This document shows positions 19,784 through 31,100 of a DNA stretch of 64,000 bases, one piece after another (position 1 is the stretch's first letter; every line of letters starts with the position of its first letter). Source of the stretch: Candidatus Dormibacteria bacterium. GTDB taxonomy: Bacteria; Chloroflexota; Dormibacteria; Aeolococcales; Aeolococcaceae. Location: contig JBEKIT010000002.1 of NCBI GenBank assembly GCA_050011555.1, forward strand, positions 22,253 to 86,252, read 5' to 3'. The notes below the pieces were generated by a model. The model worked only from the letters and a program-made list of their open reading frames with translations, did no database searches and was not told the DNA's origin. The translations under genes were made by a program, and so were the position numbers.

Positions 19784-21868
19784 AGCCAGGAGATGAAGAC
19801 ACGCCACAGCCATGTCCGCCCCGGCAGGCAGGCGCTCACCCTCGGGGTGGCGGTGCTCCTGGCGGCCGCCCTCTGCGCGCGGTCGCCGATCGCGGTCTCG
19901 GCGCAGACGGCCACCCTCTGGGGGATCGACGCCTGCGACCCCGCTCAGTCGGTAGTGCCGGGCACGCAGTCGACCATGGGCAATCCTCAGTTCATGGCGC
20001 GCTACCTGGGAACGTCGAATGCGTGCGGAAGCCCTGGGCTTACCCCCTCCGAGGTCTCGTACCTGTCCTCGCAGGACATCTACATCATGCTCATCGCCGA
20101 CCCTTCCAGCGTCGACTTCAGCAGCGGCACGGCGGATGCACAGAACGCCATCCAGCAAGCGCAGAGCCTCGGTGCGCCCCCGGGCACGGCGATCTTTCGC
20201 GACGTCGAGAACTCCTCGCCGATCTCTGTGTCGTACATCGAGAGCTGGTATGCGGCCTTCGAGTCATCGTCGAGCGGCTATGTCCCCGGCTTCTACGAGA
20301 ACCCTTACAGCGGCAGCGGGAGCTTCCCCGAGGACTACTGCTCGGCGGTGAGCGTGATGGCGGCGATCAGCACGGGCGTTGTCCTCTGGAGCGACGAGCC
20401 GGAGCCCAACTACGGGAACGCCTCTCCGACGGAGGCTGCCGCGCCGGCGTGGAACCCCTCCACCCCCCCCTGCTCGAATACGACGGTCGCTTGGCAGTAC
20501 CTGGAAGACGGTGGCTTCTCCGCGGGCAGCTGGCCCAGCGTCGACGTCGACGAGTTCGACGCGGCCGATGAGAGCCTGCTCTGGAACGCTCCGAAGGGCC
20601 CCGGCGCGTACACGCCGCTCGCCCCGTTCCGGGTCTGCGACACCAGGGCGAGCAACACCACCGCGTGCAGCGGTCACCCCCTGACTCAGGGAGGCACCCT
20701 CGGCGTACAGATCACCGGTGTGGACGGCCCCTCGGGCCAGTCGGTGCCGTCCAGCGCCCAGTCGGTGGTCCTCAACGTCACCGCCATCAGCGACACCGCC
20801 GCCACCGCGCTCACCGTCTACCCCACCGGGTATGCCCTCCCCGACACCTCCAACCTCAACGTCGATGCCGATGTCAACCAGGCCAACCTGGTGGTGGTGG
20901 CCCTCGGCGGCGGCGGCCGGGTGAGCATCTACAACTCGCTGGGCTCCCTCAACATCGCGGTCGACGTCGAGGGCTACTTCGCGGCCCCCGCCGGCTCCTC
21001 GGATGTCCCCGGTCTCTTCCACCCCATCGCCCCGCTCCGGATCTGCGACACCCGCCAGGGCACCGGGACCGCCTGTTCGGGGACCCACAGCGACGACCTC
21101 CTCGGCCCCGGCCAGTGGACCAGGGTGGTGGTCTCCGGCTGCCCCACCGGTGACCCCACCTGCTCCTCCTCGGTGCCCGCCAACAGCACCGCCGCAGCGG
21201 TCGCCCTCAACCTGACCGCGGTCTCGGGGACCTCTCCCACCTACATGGCGGTGGAGCCCGCCGGAGCCGGTGGCACCTGTCCGAGCGGAACGCCCGCCTT
21301 CTCCAACCTCAACGTCAACGGGGGGACCAACCTGCCTAACCGGGTGATCGTGCCCCTGGGACCTCAGCAGGACGTCTGCGTCTACAACTCGCTGGGGTCG
21401 ATCGACTTCATCCTCGACGTCAACGGCTGGTTCGGCAACGGGAGTGAGAGCACCCAGGGGGCCTACTTCTACGCGGTCAGCCCACTGCGCATCTGCGACA
21501 CCCGCGGCGCCGCCAGCGTCGGTTACTCGACAGAGTGCTCCGGGAACACCCTGGGGCCGCGGGGGACGCTGACCGTCCCGGTGGCGGGAGTGGACGGCCT
21601 GCCCCCGATGTCCGGCTCCTCGCCGCCGGTGGCGGTGATCGCCAATGTCACGGCGGTCTCGGGTTCGGCCTTCACCTACTTCACCGTCTACCCGGCCAAC
21701 GCCTCGCTGCCCACCGCCAGCGACCTCAACGCCACGCCCGGTCAGAACGTCGCCAACCTGGACATCGTCCAGCTCGCCGGCAGCGGCGCCAACGCCGGGG
21801 CCGTCGACGTCTACAACAACCAGGGCAGCATCAACGCCGTCGTCGACGTCGAGGCCTGGTTCCAGTAA
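19784..21868 (+). CDS. Secreted protein: N-terminal DUF1906/GH25-like (Rv2525c-like) glycoside-hydrolase-like domain plus a C-terminal triplicated GWFQ module (subfamily 1)
   Basis: Signal peptide MKTRHSHVRPGRQALTLGVAVLLAAALCA. ..LWGIDACDP.. motif. Three repeats start at YTPLAPFRVCDTR. Ends ..VDVEAWFQ. The longer frame from 19727 overlaps the CHAP gene, so the start is uncertain. Confidence 0.6.
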   Translation, partial: SQEMKTRHSHVRPGRQALTLGVAVLLAAALCARSPIAVSAQTATLWGIDACDPAQSVVPGTQSTMGNPQFMARYLGTSNACGSPGLTPSEVSYLSSQDIYIMLIADPSSVDFSSGTADAQNAIQQAQSLGAPPGTAIFRDVENSSPISVSYIESWYAAFESSSSGYVPGFYENPYSGSGSFPEDYCSAVSVMAAISTGVVLWSDEPEPNYGNASPTEAAAPAWNPSTPPCSNTTVAWQYLEDGGFSAGSWPSVDVDEFDAADESLLWNAPKGPGAYTPLAPFRVCDTRASNTTACSGHPLTQGGTLGVQITGVDGPSGQSVPSSAQSVVLNVTAISDTAATALTVYPTGYALPDTSNLNVDADVNQANLVVVALGGGGRVSIYNSLGSLNIAVDVEGYFAAPAGSSDVPGLFHPIAPLRICDTRQGTGTACSGTHSDDLLGPGQWTRVVVSGCPTGDPTCSSSVPANSTAAAVALNLTAVSGTSPTYMAVEPAGAGGTCPSGTPAFSNLNVNGGTNLPNRVIVPLGPQQDVCVYNSLGSIDFILDVNGWFGNGSESTQGAYFYAVSPLRICDTRGAASVGYSTECSGNTLGPRGTLTVPVAGVDGLPPMSGSSPPVAVIANVTAVSGSAFTYFTVYPANASLPTASDLNATPGQNVANLDIVQLAGSGANAGAVDVYNNQGSINAVVDVEAWFQ

Positions 21869-21905
21869 ATGCATCAAACGGGCCGGTAGGCTGCGCCACC
21901 GGGGA

Positions 21906-24900
21906 ATGCTCGGTGACGGGCGTCGGCGGAAGCTAGGTATGCGGGGACACGGGGTGGTGGTCACGTTCGGGACGCGGGAGGGGGTCGACCAGCCCGGCGA
22001 TCGCCATCGGCGGGAGAGGGTGGGGCGGCCTCCCAGCCGGTCGATCCTCATCCTGATCGTCGGCGGTGCCGTGGTCGTCGGTTGCCTCGGTACCGGCGCG
22101 ATGGCGTCCGCCATCTCCGCGGCGGCGGCCTCCTCCTCGTGGGGCGGGGCCCCGGTGGGGCGCGGCACGGCTCAATTTGCCCGCGGTCGGGTCGAGACCC
22201 CTCGCGAGGTCCCGGACTCCGGGCCTGTGAGCGGCGCACGCGGCACCCCCTCCTCCGCGAGCGGTGACCTGGGCGGAGTCACATGCCTGAGCACCATCGA
22301 CTGCCAGGCAATGGGTGAACGCAACGACGGCCCCCTGATCGGGCAGGTGTACCAGCCGCCCGGGCCCTGGACACTGGCGGGCGGCGCGGAGGGCGGCTCA
22401 CTCTCCGGCGACACGTGCGCGGGTCCGGATGACTGCTGGGCGGTGGGCACCACCGCGAGCGGGTTGGGCACCCTGATCGAGCAGAACACCGGGGACGGCT
22501 GGGGTACGGTGACCAGCCCGAGCGAGGGCGGCGGCGGATACACCGAGTTGAGCGCGGTGACCTGTGTGAGTCCGAGCGACTGCTGGGCCGTCGGTGGCTA
22601 CGACAATGCCAACGGCGTGCCCGAGACCCTGATCGAGTGGTACCACGGCACGAGCTGGTCCATCGTGTACAGCCCGAATGAAGGAAGTGGCGACTGGCTC
22701 TTGGGGATCGCCTGCGCCGGGTCGGCGGAGTGTTGGGCGGTCGGCCAGTACGGCGACATCGAGATCGGCGAGGGGCAGCCTCTCCTCCTGGAATACAACG
22801 GGGCCGGCTGGTCTGGCCCAGCGTGGGAGCAGTATGGAAACACGCTGAATGCCATCACCTGCGTGAACGCGAGCGACTGCTGGGCGGCGGGCAACTACTT
22901 CGACGGCTCTGAGTACCAGACCCTGGTCTTCCAATACAACGGCACCGACTGGTCCCGGGGCACGAGCCCCGATGCAGGAAGCCCTGATCCGTCGGTGGTC
23001 TACAACTCTCTGAATGCGGTCGCCTGCAGCGGTGCCGACGACTGCTGGGCAGTCGGCCTGTACGACGAGCCGGGAGGGCTCTTCAACCAGACCCTCATCG
23101 AGCAGTTCGACGGCACAGGCTGGACCGTGGTCGGCAGCCCTGATCCCGGTGGGGCTGACATCCTGTACGGAGTGGCGTGCGCCAGCAGCACCGACTGCTG
23201 GGCGGTCGGCGAGTACTGGCCTGACCCGGCCATCACCGCCGACTATCAGACGCTGATCGAGGAGCTGACCGTCACCTCGTGGACCGCGGCCGCCAGCCCT
23301 GATGTGAGCAGCGCGGATGTCCTCGGCAACGTGGCATGCGATGGCAGCGTCAACTGTTGGGCGGTGGGCAGCTCGTTCAGCGGCAGCCAGACCGTGATCG
23401 AGCAGAGCGTGCAGGGGGATGCGCCGCCGATGGTGACGTCGCTCACCCCGGCGGCGGGGCCGGTGGGCGGCGGGCAGACGGTCACCGTCAACGGGTACGG
23501 CTTCGTGGCCGGGATGACCGTCACCCTGGGTGGCGTCGCGGTGACCCCCTCCAACGTCACCCCCGACAGCTTCATCTTCACCACCCCTTCGGCGAGCGCC
23601 GGCTACGTCACCCTCCAGGCCACCGACGGGTACGGCTCCAGCCTCGAGGACGGCAACGTGGGGTACATCTATGCCGCCCTCGCCGCGTATCACCCGCTCA
23701 CCCCGTTCCGCATCCTGGACACCCGTTCGTCCTCCTGCATCCAGTGCGGGACGGGAGCCCTGCTGCCATCGGGGACCACGACCCTGCAGGTGACCGGGTA
23801 CAGCTCGGGCGGGGAGTCGGTGCCGGCGGACGCGACCGCGGTGGCCCTCAACGTCACCGCGGTCTCCGGCTCGGCGGCCAGCTTCATCGGGGTCTACCCG
23901 GCCGGCACCGGCCGGCCCGACTCCTCCAACCTCAACTTCCTCGCCCAGACCAACACCGCCAACCTGGTGGTGGTGGCCCTCGGCCCCACCGGGGCCGTCG
24001 ACCTGTACAACAGCCTGGGCGCGGTGGACGTGGTCGCCGACGTCGAGGGGTACTTCACCGCCCCCTCGGGCACCCAGGGCCAGTTCCACCCGATCGCCCC
24101 GCTGCGGGTCTGCGACACCCGGCTGGGCCAGCCCGCCAACCCCTGCAACGAGGAGGGGACCGCGGATCTGGCGCTGGGCCCGGGCCAGGTGGCCAAGGTC
24201 GACGTGGCGGCGGTGACCAGCGCCCAGGGGGACATCCCCAGTGACGGCAGCGCCGAGGCGGCGGTGCTCAACCTGACCGCCGTCTCGGACACCCAGGCCA
24301 CCTACCTGAGCGTCTTCCCGAGCTCCTCCAACGGCACCTGCAGCACGGCGGTCCCCCAGAGCTCGACCCTCAACGTCAGCGCCCGGACCAACCAGGCCAA
24401 CCGGGTGATCGTGCCCCTGGGTCCGGCGACCAACGGGGGTCACGACACGGACGTCTGCGTGTACAACTCCCTGGGCAGCATCGACTTCCTCCTGGACGCC
24501 AATGGCTGGTTCGGGGCCAGCGGAGCGGCGGCCGGGACCGACTTCCAGGTGATCGGGCCCTCCCGGATCTGCGACACCCGGGCCGGGATGGGGACGGCGT
24601 GCAGCGGGGACTCGCTGACCCCCGGGGGCGTCCTGCCGGTGCAGGTGACCGGGATGGGCGGGGTGCCCTCCTCGGGGCCGGTGGCGGTGGTGGCCAACCT
24701 CACCGCGGTGTCAGGGACGTCGATGACCTACTTCACCCTCTACCCGGCGGGGGGCACCACCCCCAACGCCTCGGACCTGAACGTGGATGCCCAGCAGAAC
24801 CTCCCCAACCTGGCCATCACCGAGCTGGGCTCCGGGGGGACCCTCGACCTCTACAACTCCCTCGGCACCATCGACGCCGTCCTCGACGTCGAGGGCTGGT

Positions 24901-24908
24901 TCCAGTAG
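21906..24908 (+). CDS. Secreted or membrane-anchored protein: about 9 'DCWAVG' repeats (propeller), an IPT/TIG domain, and a C-terminal triplicated GWFQ module (subfamily 3)
   Basis: Hydrophobic N-terminus SILILIVGGAVVVGCLGTGAMASAISAAAA. Repeats VTCLSTIDCQAMG / TCAGPDDCWAVG / ..NGTSWS. IPT-like PMVTSLTPAAGPVGGGQTVTVNGYGF. Three repeats from YHPLTPFRILDTR. Ends ..VEGWFQ. The start at 21906 or 21939 is uncertain. The track start at 21645 overlaps the previous gene. Confidence 0.65.
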   Translation: MLGDGRRRKLGMRGHGVVVTFGTREGVDQPGDRHRRERVGRPPSRSILILIVGGAVVVGCLGTGAMASAISAAAASSSWGGAPVGRGTAQFARGRVETPREVPDSGPVSGARGTPSSASGDLGGVTCLSTIDCQAMGERNDGPLIGQVYQPPGPWTLAGGAEGGSLSGDTCAGPDDCWAVGTTASGLGTLIEQNTGDGWGTVTSPSEGGGGYTELSAVTCVSPSDCWAVGGYDNANGVPETLIEWYHGTSWSIVYSPNEGSGDWLLGIACAGSAECWAVGQYGDIEIGEGQPLLLEYNGAGWSGPAWEQYGNTLNAITCVNASDCWAAGNYFDGSEYQTLVFQYNGTDWSRGTSPDAGSPDPSVVYNSLNAVACSGADDCWAVGLYDEPGGLFNQTLIEQFDGTGWTVVGSPDPGGADILYGVACASSTDCWAVGEYWPDPAITADYQTLIEELTVTSWTAAASPDVSSADVLGNVACDGSVNCWAVGSSFSGSQTVIEQSVQGDAPPMVTSLTPAAGPVGGGQTVTVNGYGFVAGMTVTLGGVAVTPSNVTPDSFIFTTPSASAGYVTLQATDGYGSSLEDGNVGYIYAALAAYHPLTPFRILDTRSSSCIQCGTGALLPSGTTTLQVTGYSSGGESVPADATAVALNVTAVSGSAASFIGVYPAGTGRPDSSNLNFLAQTNTANLVVVALGPTGAVDLYNSLGAVDVVADVEGYFTAPSGTQGQFHPIAPLRVCDTRLGQPANPCNEEGTADLALGPGQVAKVDVAAVTSAQGDIPSDGSAEAAVLNLTAVSDTQATYLSVFPSSSNGTCSTAVPQSSTLNVSARTNQANRVIVPLGPATNGGHDTDVCVYNSLGSIDFLLDANGWFGASGAAAGTDFQVIGPSRICDTRAGMGTACSGDSLTPGGVLPVQVTGMGGVPSSGPVAVVANLTAVSGTSMTYFTLYPAGGTTPNASDLNVDAQQNLPNLAITELGSGGTLDLYNSLGTIDAVLDVEGWFQ

Positions 24909-25114
24909 CTCGGCTTGGCCGAGCGACGGCTGGGTTCTCGACGCCTGCTGCGGGATCCGCGCGCGTCGGTAGTCGTACAGAAACGGGGGTCGAAGGTCAC
25001 CTGAAGTGAGATGACGCGTGCCCCTGGCGACGGCTGGGCTCGGACGCGTAAGGCGTCGCCTGAGATGGCCTGAATGTCAGGTCTCGGCGAACGGGCGAAC
25101 GCGGAGGCGCTGAG

Positions 25115-28100
25115 ATGGGTCAGCAGGTGGCGACCGCGAGGTCGGACGGCTACAACAGTGTCGTCGACCGGTGGCGGGGAGGGTACCCCTGCCGCCCGCG
25201 ACGGTCCCGGACGGGTCTGGTGCGCGGGGCCGGGATCGCAGTGGTCCTGGCCAGCCTCACCTCCGGGTTGACATCACCCCAGCGGGTCACCGCCACTTCC
25301 ACGCCGGGGACGGCGTACACCGCGCTGCTGCCCTTCCGGGCCTGCGACACACGGCACGCAACGAGCACCGAGTGCTCCGGCACCACGTCGGACAGCCTCC
25401 TCGGCCAGGGCCAGAGCATGACCTTCCAGGTCACCGGGGTGGGGCCCTCGGGGGACCAGGTGCCCGCGGACGCCGAGTCGGTGGTGCTCAACGTCACCGC
25501 CATCAGCGGCACCGCCGGCACGTTCCTTACCGTCTTCCCGGGCGGCGCCTCCGTGCCCACCGCCTCCAACCTCAACGTCCCGGCCCAGACCAACCAGGCC
25601 AACCTGGTGGTGGTCGCTCTGGGCACCGGGGGTCAGGTCTCCATCTACAACTCGCTGGGCTCCATCAACGTCGCCGTCGACGTCGAGGGTTACTTCGCCG
25701 CTCCCGCGGGGTCCTCCTCGGTCCCCGGCCTCTTCCACCCCATCCCCCCGCTCCGGATCTGCGACACCCGGACCGGCACGGGTACCGCCTGCTCGACCAA
25801 GGGTCCCCTCGGTCCGGGCTACTGGACCAAGGTCGTGGTCTCCGGATGCCCCACCGGCAACCCCTCCTGCGGAGCCTCGGTGCCTGACGACGGGACAGCC
25901 GCGGCGGTGGCCCTCAACCTCACCGCCGTCTCCGGGACCTCCTCCACGTACCTGAGCGTGGTCCCCCCCAACGTCAGTGACAGCTGCCCCAGCGGCGCCC
26001 CGGCCTTCTCCAACCTCAACGTCAACGCCCAGACCAACCTCCCCAACCGGGTGATCGTCCCCCTGGGACCCGACCGGGACGTCTGCGTCTACAACTCCCT
26101 GGGCTCGATCAACTTCATCCTCGACCTCAACGGCTGGTTCGGTACCGGAGGCGAGGCCTCCCCGGGCGCCTACTACTGGGCGGTCACCCCCACCCGTATC
26201 TGCGACACGCGCAGCGCCGCCGCCACGGGCTACAGCACCGAGTGCTCCGGCAGCCCGGTCGGCCCCGCCCAGAGCCTCCCTGTCCAGGTGGCCGGCGTGG
26301 ATGGCATCCCCGCCGCCGGGGGGAGCACCGCGCCGGTGGCGGTGATCGCCAACGTCACGGCGGTGAGCGGCACCTCCTTCACCTACCTCACCCTCTATCC
26401 GGCGGACAGCGTCAGCGTGCCCAACGCCAGTGACCTCAACGTGAGCGCGTACCAGAACACCCCCAACCTCAGCATCGTCCAGCTGGCCGCCGGCGGCGCT
26501 CATCCGGGGGCCCTCGACCTCTTCAACGACCTGGGCACCATCAACGCCATCGTCGACGTCGCCGGGTGGTTCTCGTCCAAGCTCAAGCCGCAGGCCATCA
26601 CCTTCACCAGCTCGGCACCGAGCGATGCGGTGGTGGGCGGCGCGAGCTACACGCCCACGGCATCAGGTGGGGGGTCAGGCAACCCCGTCACTTTCAGCAT
26701 CGACCCCTCCTCGACCGCCGGCTGCGCCCTCTCCTCCGGGGCCGTCTCCTTCACCGCGGTCGGCACCTGCGTGGTCGACGCCAACCAGGCGGGCAACACC
26801 TACTACAGCGCCGCCGCGCAGGTCCAGCAGTCGTTCACGGTGGGGAAGAGGGCGCAGGTCATCAGCTTCACCAGCCCGGCACCCGCGGATGCGCTGGTGG
26901 GTGGTGCCACCTACACCCCAACGGCGACGGCCACCTCGGGCTTGCCCGTGGCCTTCACCATCGACGGGTCGAGCACCTCCGACTGCTCGATCTCCACTGG
27001 GATCGTCTCCTTCCCCGCCACGCCCGGTAGCTGCATCGTCGACGCCAACCAGCCGGGCGGCACCGACTACACCGCCGCCCCTCAAGCCCAGCAGACGTTC
27101 TCGGTCCGACTGACTCAAACCATCAGCTTCACCGCACCATCGAGCGGGACGGTGAAGGGCTCTGACGCCCTGACGCCCACAGCATCATCGGGTCTCACCG
27201 TCGCCCTGACCGTCGACGCCTCGACCACCAACGACGCCTGCTCGCTGAGCGGCGACACCGTGAGCTACCTCCACAGCGGCAGCTGCGTCCTCGACGCCAA
27301 CCAGGCGGGCGACGCCGACCACACCGCCGCCGCCCAAGTCCAGCAGACGATCGCGGTCGGCCAGGCCGCCCAGACGATTGCCTTCACCGCCCCGTCGAGC
27401 GGGATGGTCAATGGCTCCGACGTGCTCGCGCCGACGGCCTCCTCGGGGCTCGCCGTTACCCTCTCCGTCGACGCCTCGACCACCAATGACGCCTGCTCCC
27501 TGGACAGCGACACGGTCGACTACCTCCACACCGGCAGCTGCGTCCTCGATGCCGAGCAGGGGGGAAACATCGACTACAGCTCGGCCAACCAGGTCAAGCA
27601 GACGATTGCCGTGGGCCCGGCCACCCAGACGATCAGCTTCACCGCTCCGTCCAGCGGGACCATGACCGGCTCTGCCACGCTGGCGCCGACGGCATCATCG
27701 GGCCTCATTGTCACGCTGACCGTCGACACCTCGACGACCGACACCGCCTGTTCGCTGAATGGCGACACCGTCAACTACCTCCACACCGGTGACTGTGTCC
27801 TCGACGCCAACCAGGCCGGCGACGCGGACTACAACGCGGCCAGTCAGGTTCAGCAGACGATCACCGTGAGCGCGGCTCAGCTGGTGTTCACCACCGAGCC
27901 CGGTGGCGCCACCGCGGGTTCGCTCCTCAGCCCCCAGCCGGTGGTGACCATCGAGGACGTGCACGGCACCCCCATCACGACCGACATCGGCACGGTGACC
28001 CTGGCGATCACCTCGGGGACCGGAACCTCGGGAGCCCTCCTCGACGCGGGCTGCACCGCGACGACCGCGGCGGGCGTGGCCAGCTTCACCGGCTGCGAGA

Positions 28101-31100
28101 TCGACACGGCCGGCACGGGCTACACCCTCACGGCCACCTATGCCAGTGACGGCCTGACCGGCGCGAGCAGTGCCTTCGGCGTCGGCGCCGGCCCGGCCAG
28201 TCAGCTGGCGTTCACCACCCAGCCCGGCGGCGCCGCCGTGGGCTCACCCTTCATCGATCAGCCGGTGGTGACCATCGAGGACGGCTACGGCAACCCCGCC
28301 ACGAGCGACACCAGCACGGTGATCCTGGCGCTCACGCCAGGGACCGGACCCTCGGGCGCCGACCTCGTGGGCTGCAGCGGGACGACCGTGGCAGGTGTGG
28401 CCACCTTCTCGAGCTGCGAGATCGACACGGTCGGCACCGGCTACACGCTGACGGCCACCGACACCACTGACAGCCTGACCGCCACCAGCAGCAGCTTCCC
28501 TGTCTTCACCAGCTCGGACAGCGGAACCTCGAGCAGCTCCACAGGAACGGCGACGGCCACCACCGACAGCACCACGGCCAGCGCCATGGGGGTGGGGGCT
28601 CTCACCCTGGGCGAGTACGGGTCGGACCCGGTCGGCGCCCCGACCTTCTCCTCGGCGGGGGAGTACTTCGACGTGGCCCTCTCCCCAGGCAACTCATTCA
28701 CCACCGCGACCATCAACGACTGCAACCTGAACGGAGGCGGCACCATCGTGTGGTGGAATCCGGCAGCCTCCGGGGGCAGCGGAGCGTGGCAGCCGGTCTA
28801 CCCGGCACCGAGCTACACCGCCGGTCCTCCGGCGTGCGCTGCGGTGACCCTCACCAGCTCCTCGAGCCCGACGCTGGCGGAGTTGACCGGCACCGTCTTC
28901 GCCGCAGTCACCACGCCCACGCTGTCGTGGTCGCAGCCGCTTCCCATCGAGGGTACGCTGGTCAGCCTCACCTCCGTGTCCTGCCCCTCGGCCGACTTCT
29001 GCGCCGCCGTGGACAACCAGGGCAATGTGCTGACCTACAACGGCACCAGTTGGACCACGCCAACCAGTGAGGAGAGCAACGCCTTCAGCTCGGTGTCCTG
29101 CCCGTCGGATGACTTCTGCGTCGCCGTCGACGGCGGGAGCGGGGGGCACGCTGGAGTGGCGACCTTCAACGGCACTGGCTGGAGCACCTCGACCATCACC
29201 GATTCCGGCTTCCTCACCTCTGTGTCGTGCTTTTCGGCGTCCTTCTGCGCGGCGGTGGACGGCTACGGGAACGCCCTGACCTACGACGGCAGCACCTGGA
29301 CCGCCCCGGCCGATATCGACGGCACCTCGCCCCTCGTCTCAGTGTCCTGCCCCCTGGTGTCGTTCTGCATGGCCGTCGATGTGAGTGGCAATGCTTTCAC
29401 TTCCACCGGCGGCGATTCGTGGACGGCGTCCAGCGGCATCGTCAGCATTGGCAGCGTCAACTCGCTGTCGTGTGTCTCAGCGACCTATTGTATGGCGACC
29501 ACCGCCTACGACACCGGCGTCTACGGCGTGGGAACCAGCCAGGTCTTCAACTTCGATGGCAGCTCCTGGAGCGTGTCGACCACTATCAACGAGCCGGACC
29601 TCTGGACAATTTCCTGCGCGTCGACGACCGTCTGCATGGCGCTGGAATGGGACGGGTACACCCACGAGTTCAACGATGGCATCTGGAGCAGCTCGCCGAC
29701 CACGGTGGACATCGGTAGCGGCGCTCCCTCGGTCTCGTGTGCCTCAGCGTCCTTCTGCGCAGCCGTGGACAACATCGGTCGGGCGCTCACCTTCGACGGC
29801 AGCTCCTGGACATCGCTGAGCAACATCGATGGCATTGCCGCGGGTCTGAGCGCGGTGTCGTGTCCCTCGATGACATTCTGCGCCGCCACCGACTACGACG
29901 GGCGCGCTCTGACCTATAACGGCACCAAGTGGACCACGCCGACCCCCATCGACGGCGTGGGCGCGGGTCTCAGCTCGGTGTCGTGTGCATCCTCGTCATT
30001 CTGTTTGGCGGTGGATGCGGAAGGGAACGCGATTACCTTCAACGGCAGTGGCTGGGGCGCTCCGCAGAGCATTGGCAACGGTGCCGCGCTCAGTTCGGTG
30101 TCCTGCCCCACAGATCAGTTCTGCGCCGCCGCCGACGGTGGGGGTCCTGAGGGCAATATGCTGACCTGGGTTGGGAGTACCGGTAAGTGGAGCACCACCC
30201 CACTCAGCGGTACGGGCCCCTTCAGCTCGGTGTCGTGCCCCTCGGCTGACTTCTGCGTCGCCGTGGACGGTGGTGGTGGTGGTGGCGGCGGTGGTGGTGC
30301 GAACGTGGCGGTCTGGAACGGTACCACCTGGACCACCTCGCTCAACCCAGATCCCAACTGGCTCAGCTCGGTCTCATGTTCCTCGACGTCATTCTGCGCG
30401 GCGGTGGACGGCCTGCTCAGTGCCTTAACGTTCGACGGCAGCTCCTGGACCACCCCGGTCACCATCGACAGCACCGGTGGCCTCGAATCGGTTTCCTGTC
30501 CCGTGGATGAGTTCTGCGCCGCGGTGGACGGCTACGGTAACGTCCTGACCTTTGACAGCGGCACCTGGAGCACGAAGACCCCCGTCACCTCCTGGGGCCT
30601 GCAAACTGTCTCCTGCCCCTCTGTCTCCTTCTGCATGGCGCTCGATGGTGCCGGTGACGTCCTCTACGGCACGGCCAACGGCACGACTCAGATGATCAAC
30701 TTCAGCAGTCTGGCACCGACAGATGCGGTGGTTGGCGGCGCCACCTACACGCCGACGGCCACGGCGACGTCGGGTTTGCCGGTGATCCTCACCATCGATC
30801 CCTCGAGCAGCTCGGGCTGCGCGATTGCCGACGGGGTCATCTCCTTCCCGACCACGGCGGGCACCTGTGTCATCGACGCCAATCAGCCGGGGAACGCCGA
30901 CTACAGCGCGGCAGCCCAGGTTCAGCAGTCGTTCGAGGTGGGGAAGGAGTCGCAGACCATCAGCTTCACCAGCACGGCACCGACCGATGCGGTGGTCGGT
31001 GGTGCCACCTACACGCCAACCGCAACGGCCACGTCGGGCTTGGCAGTGACGGTCAGCCTGGATGGCACGTCGGTCGGATGCACCCTCTCCGCTGGGGTGG

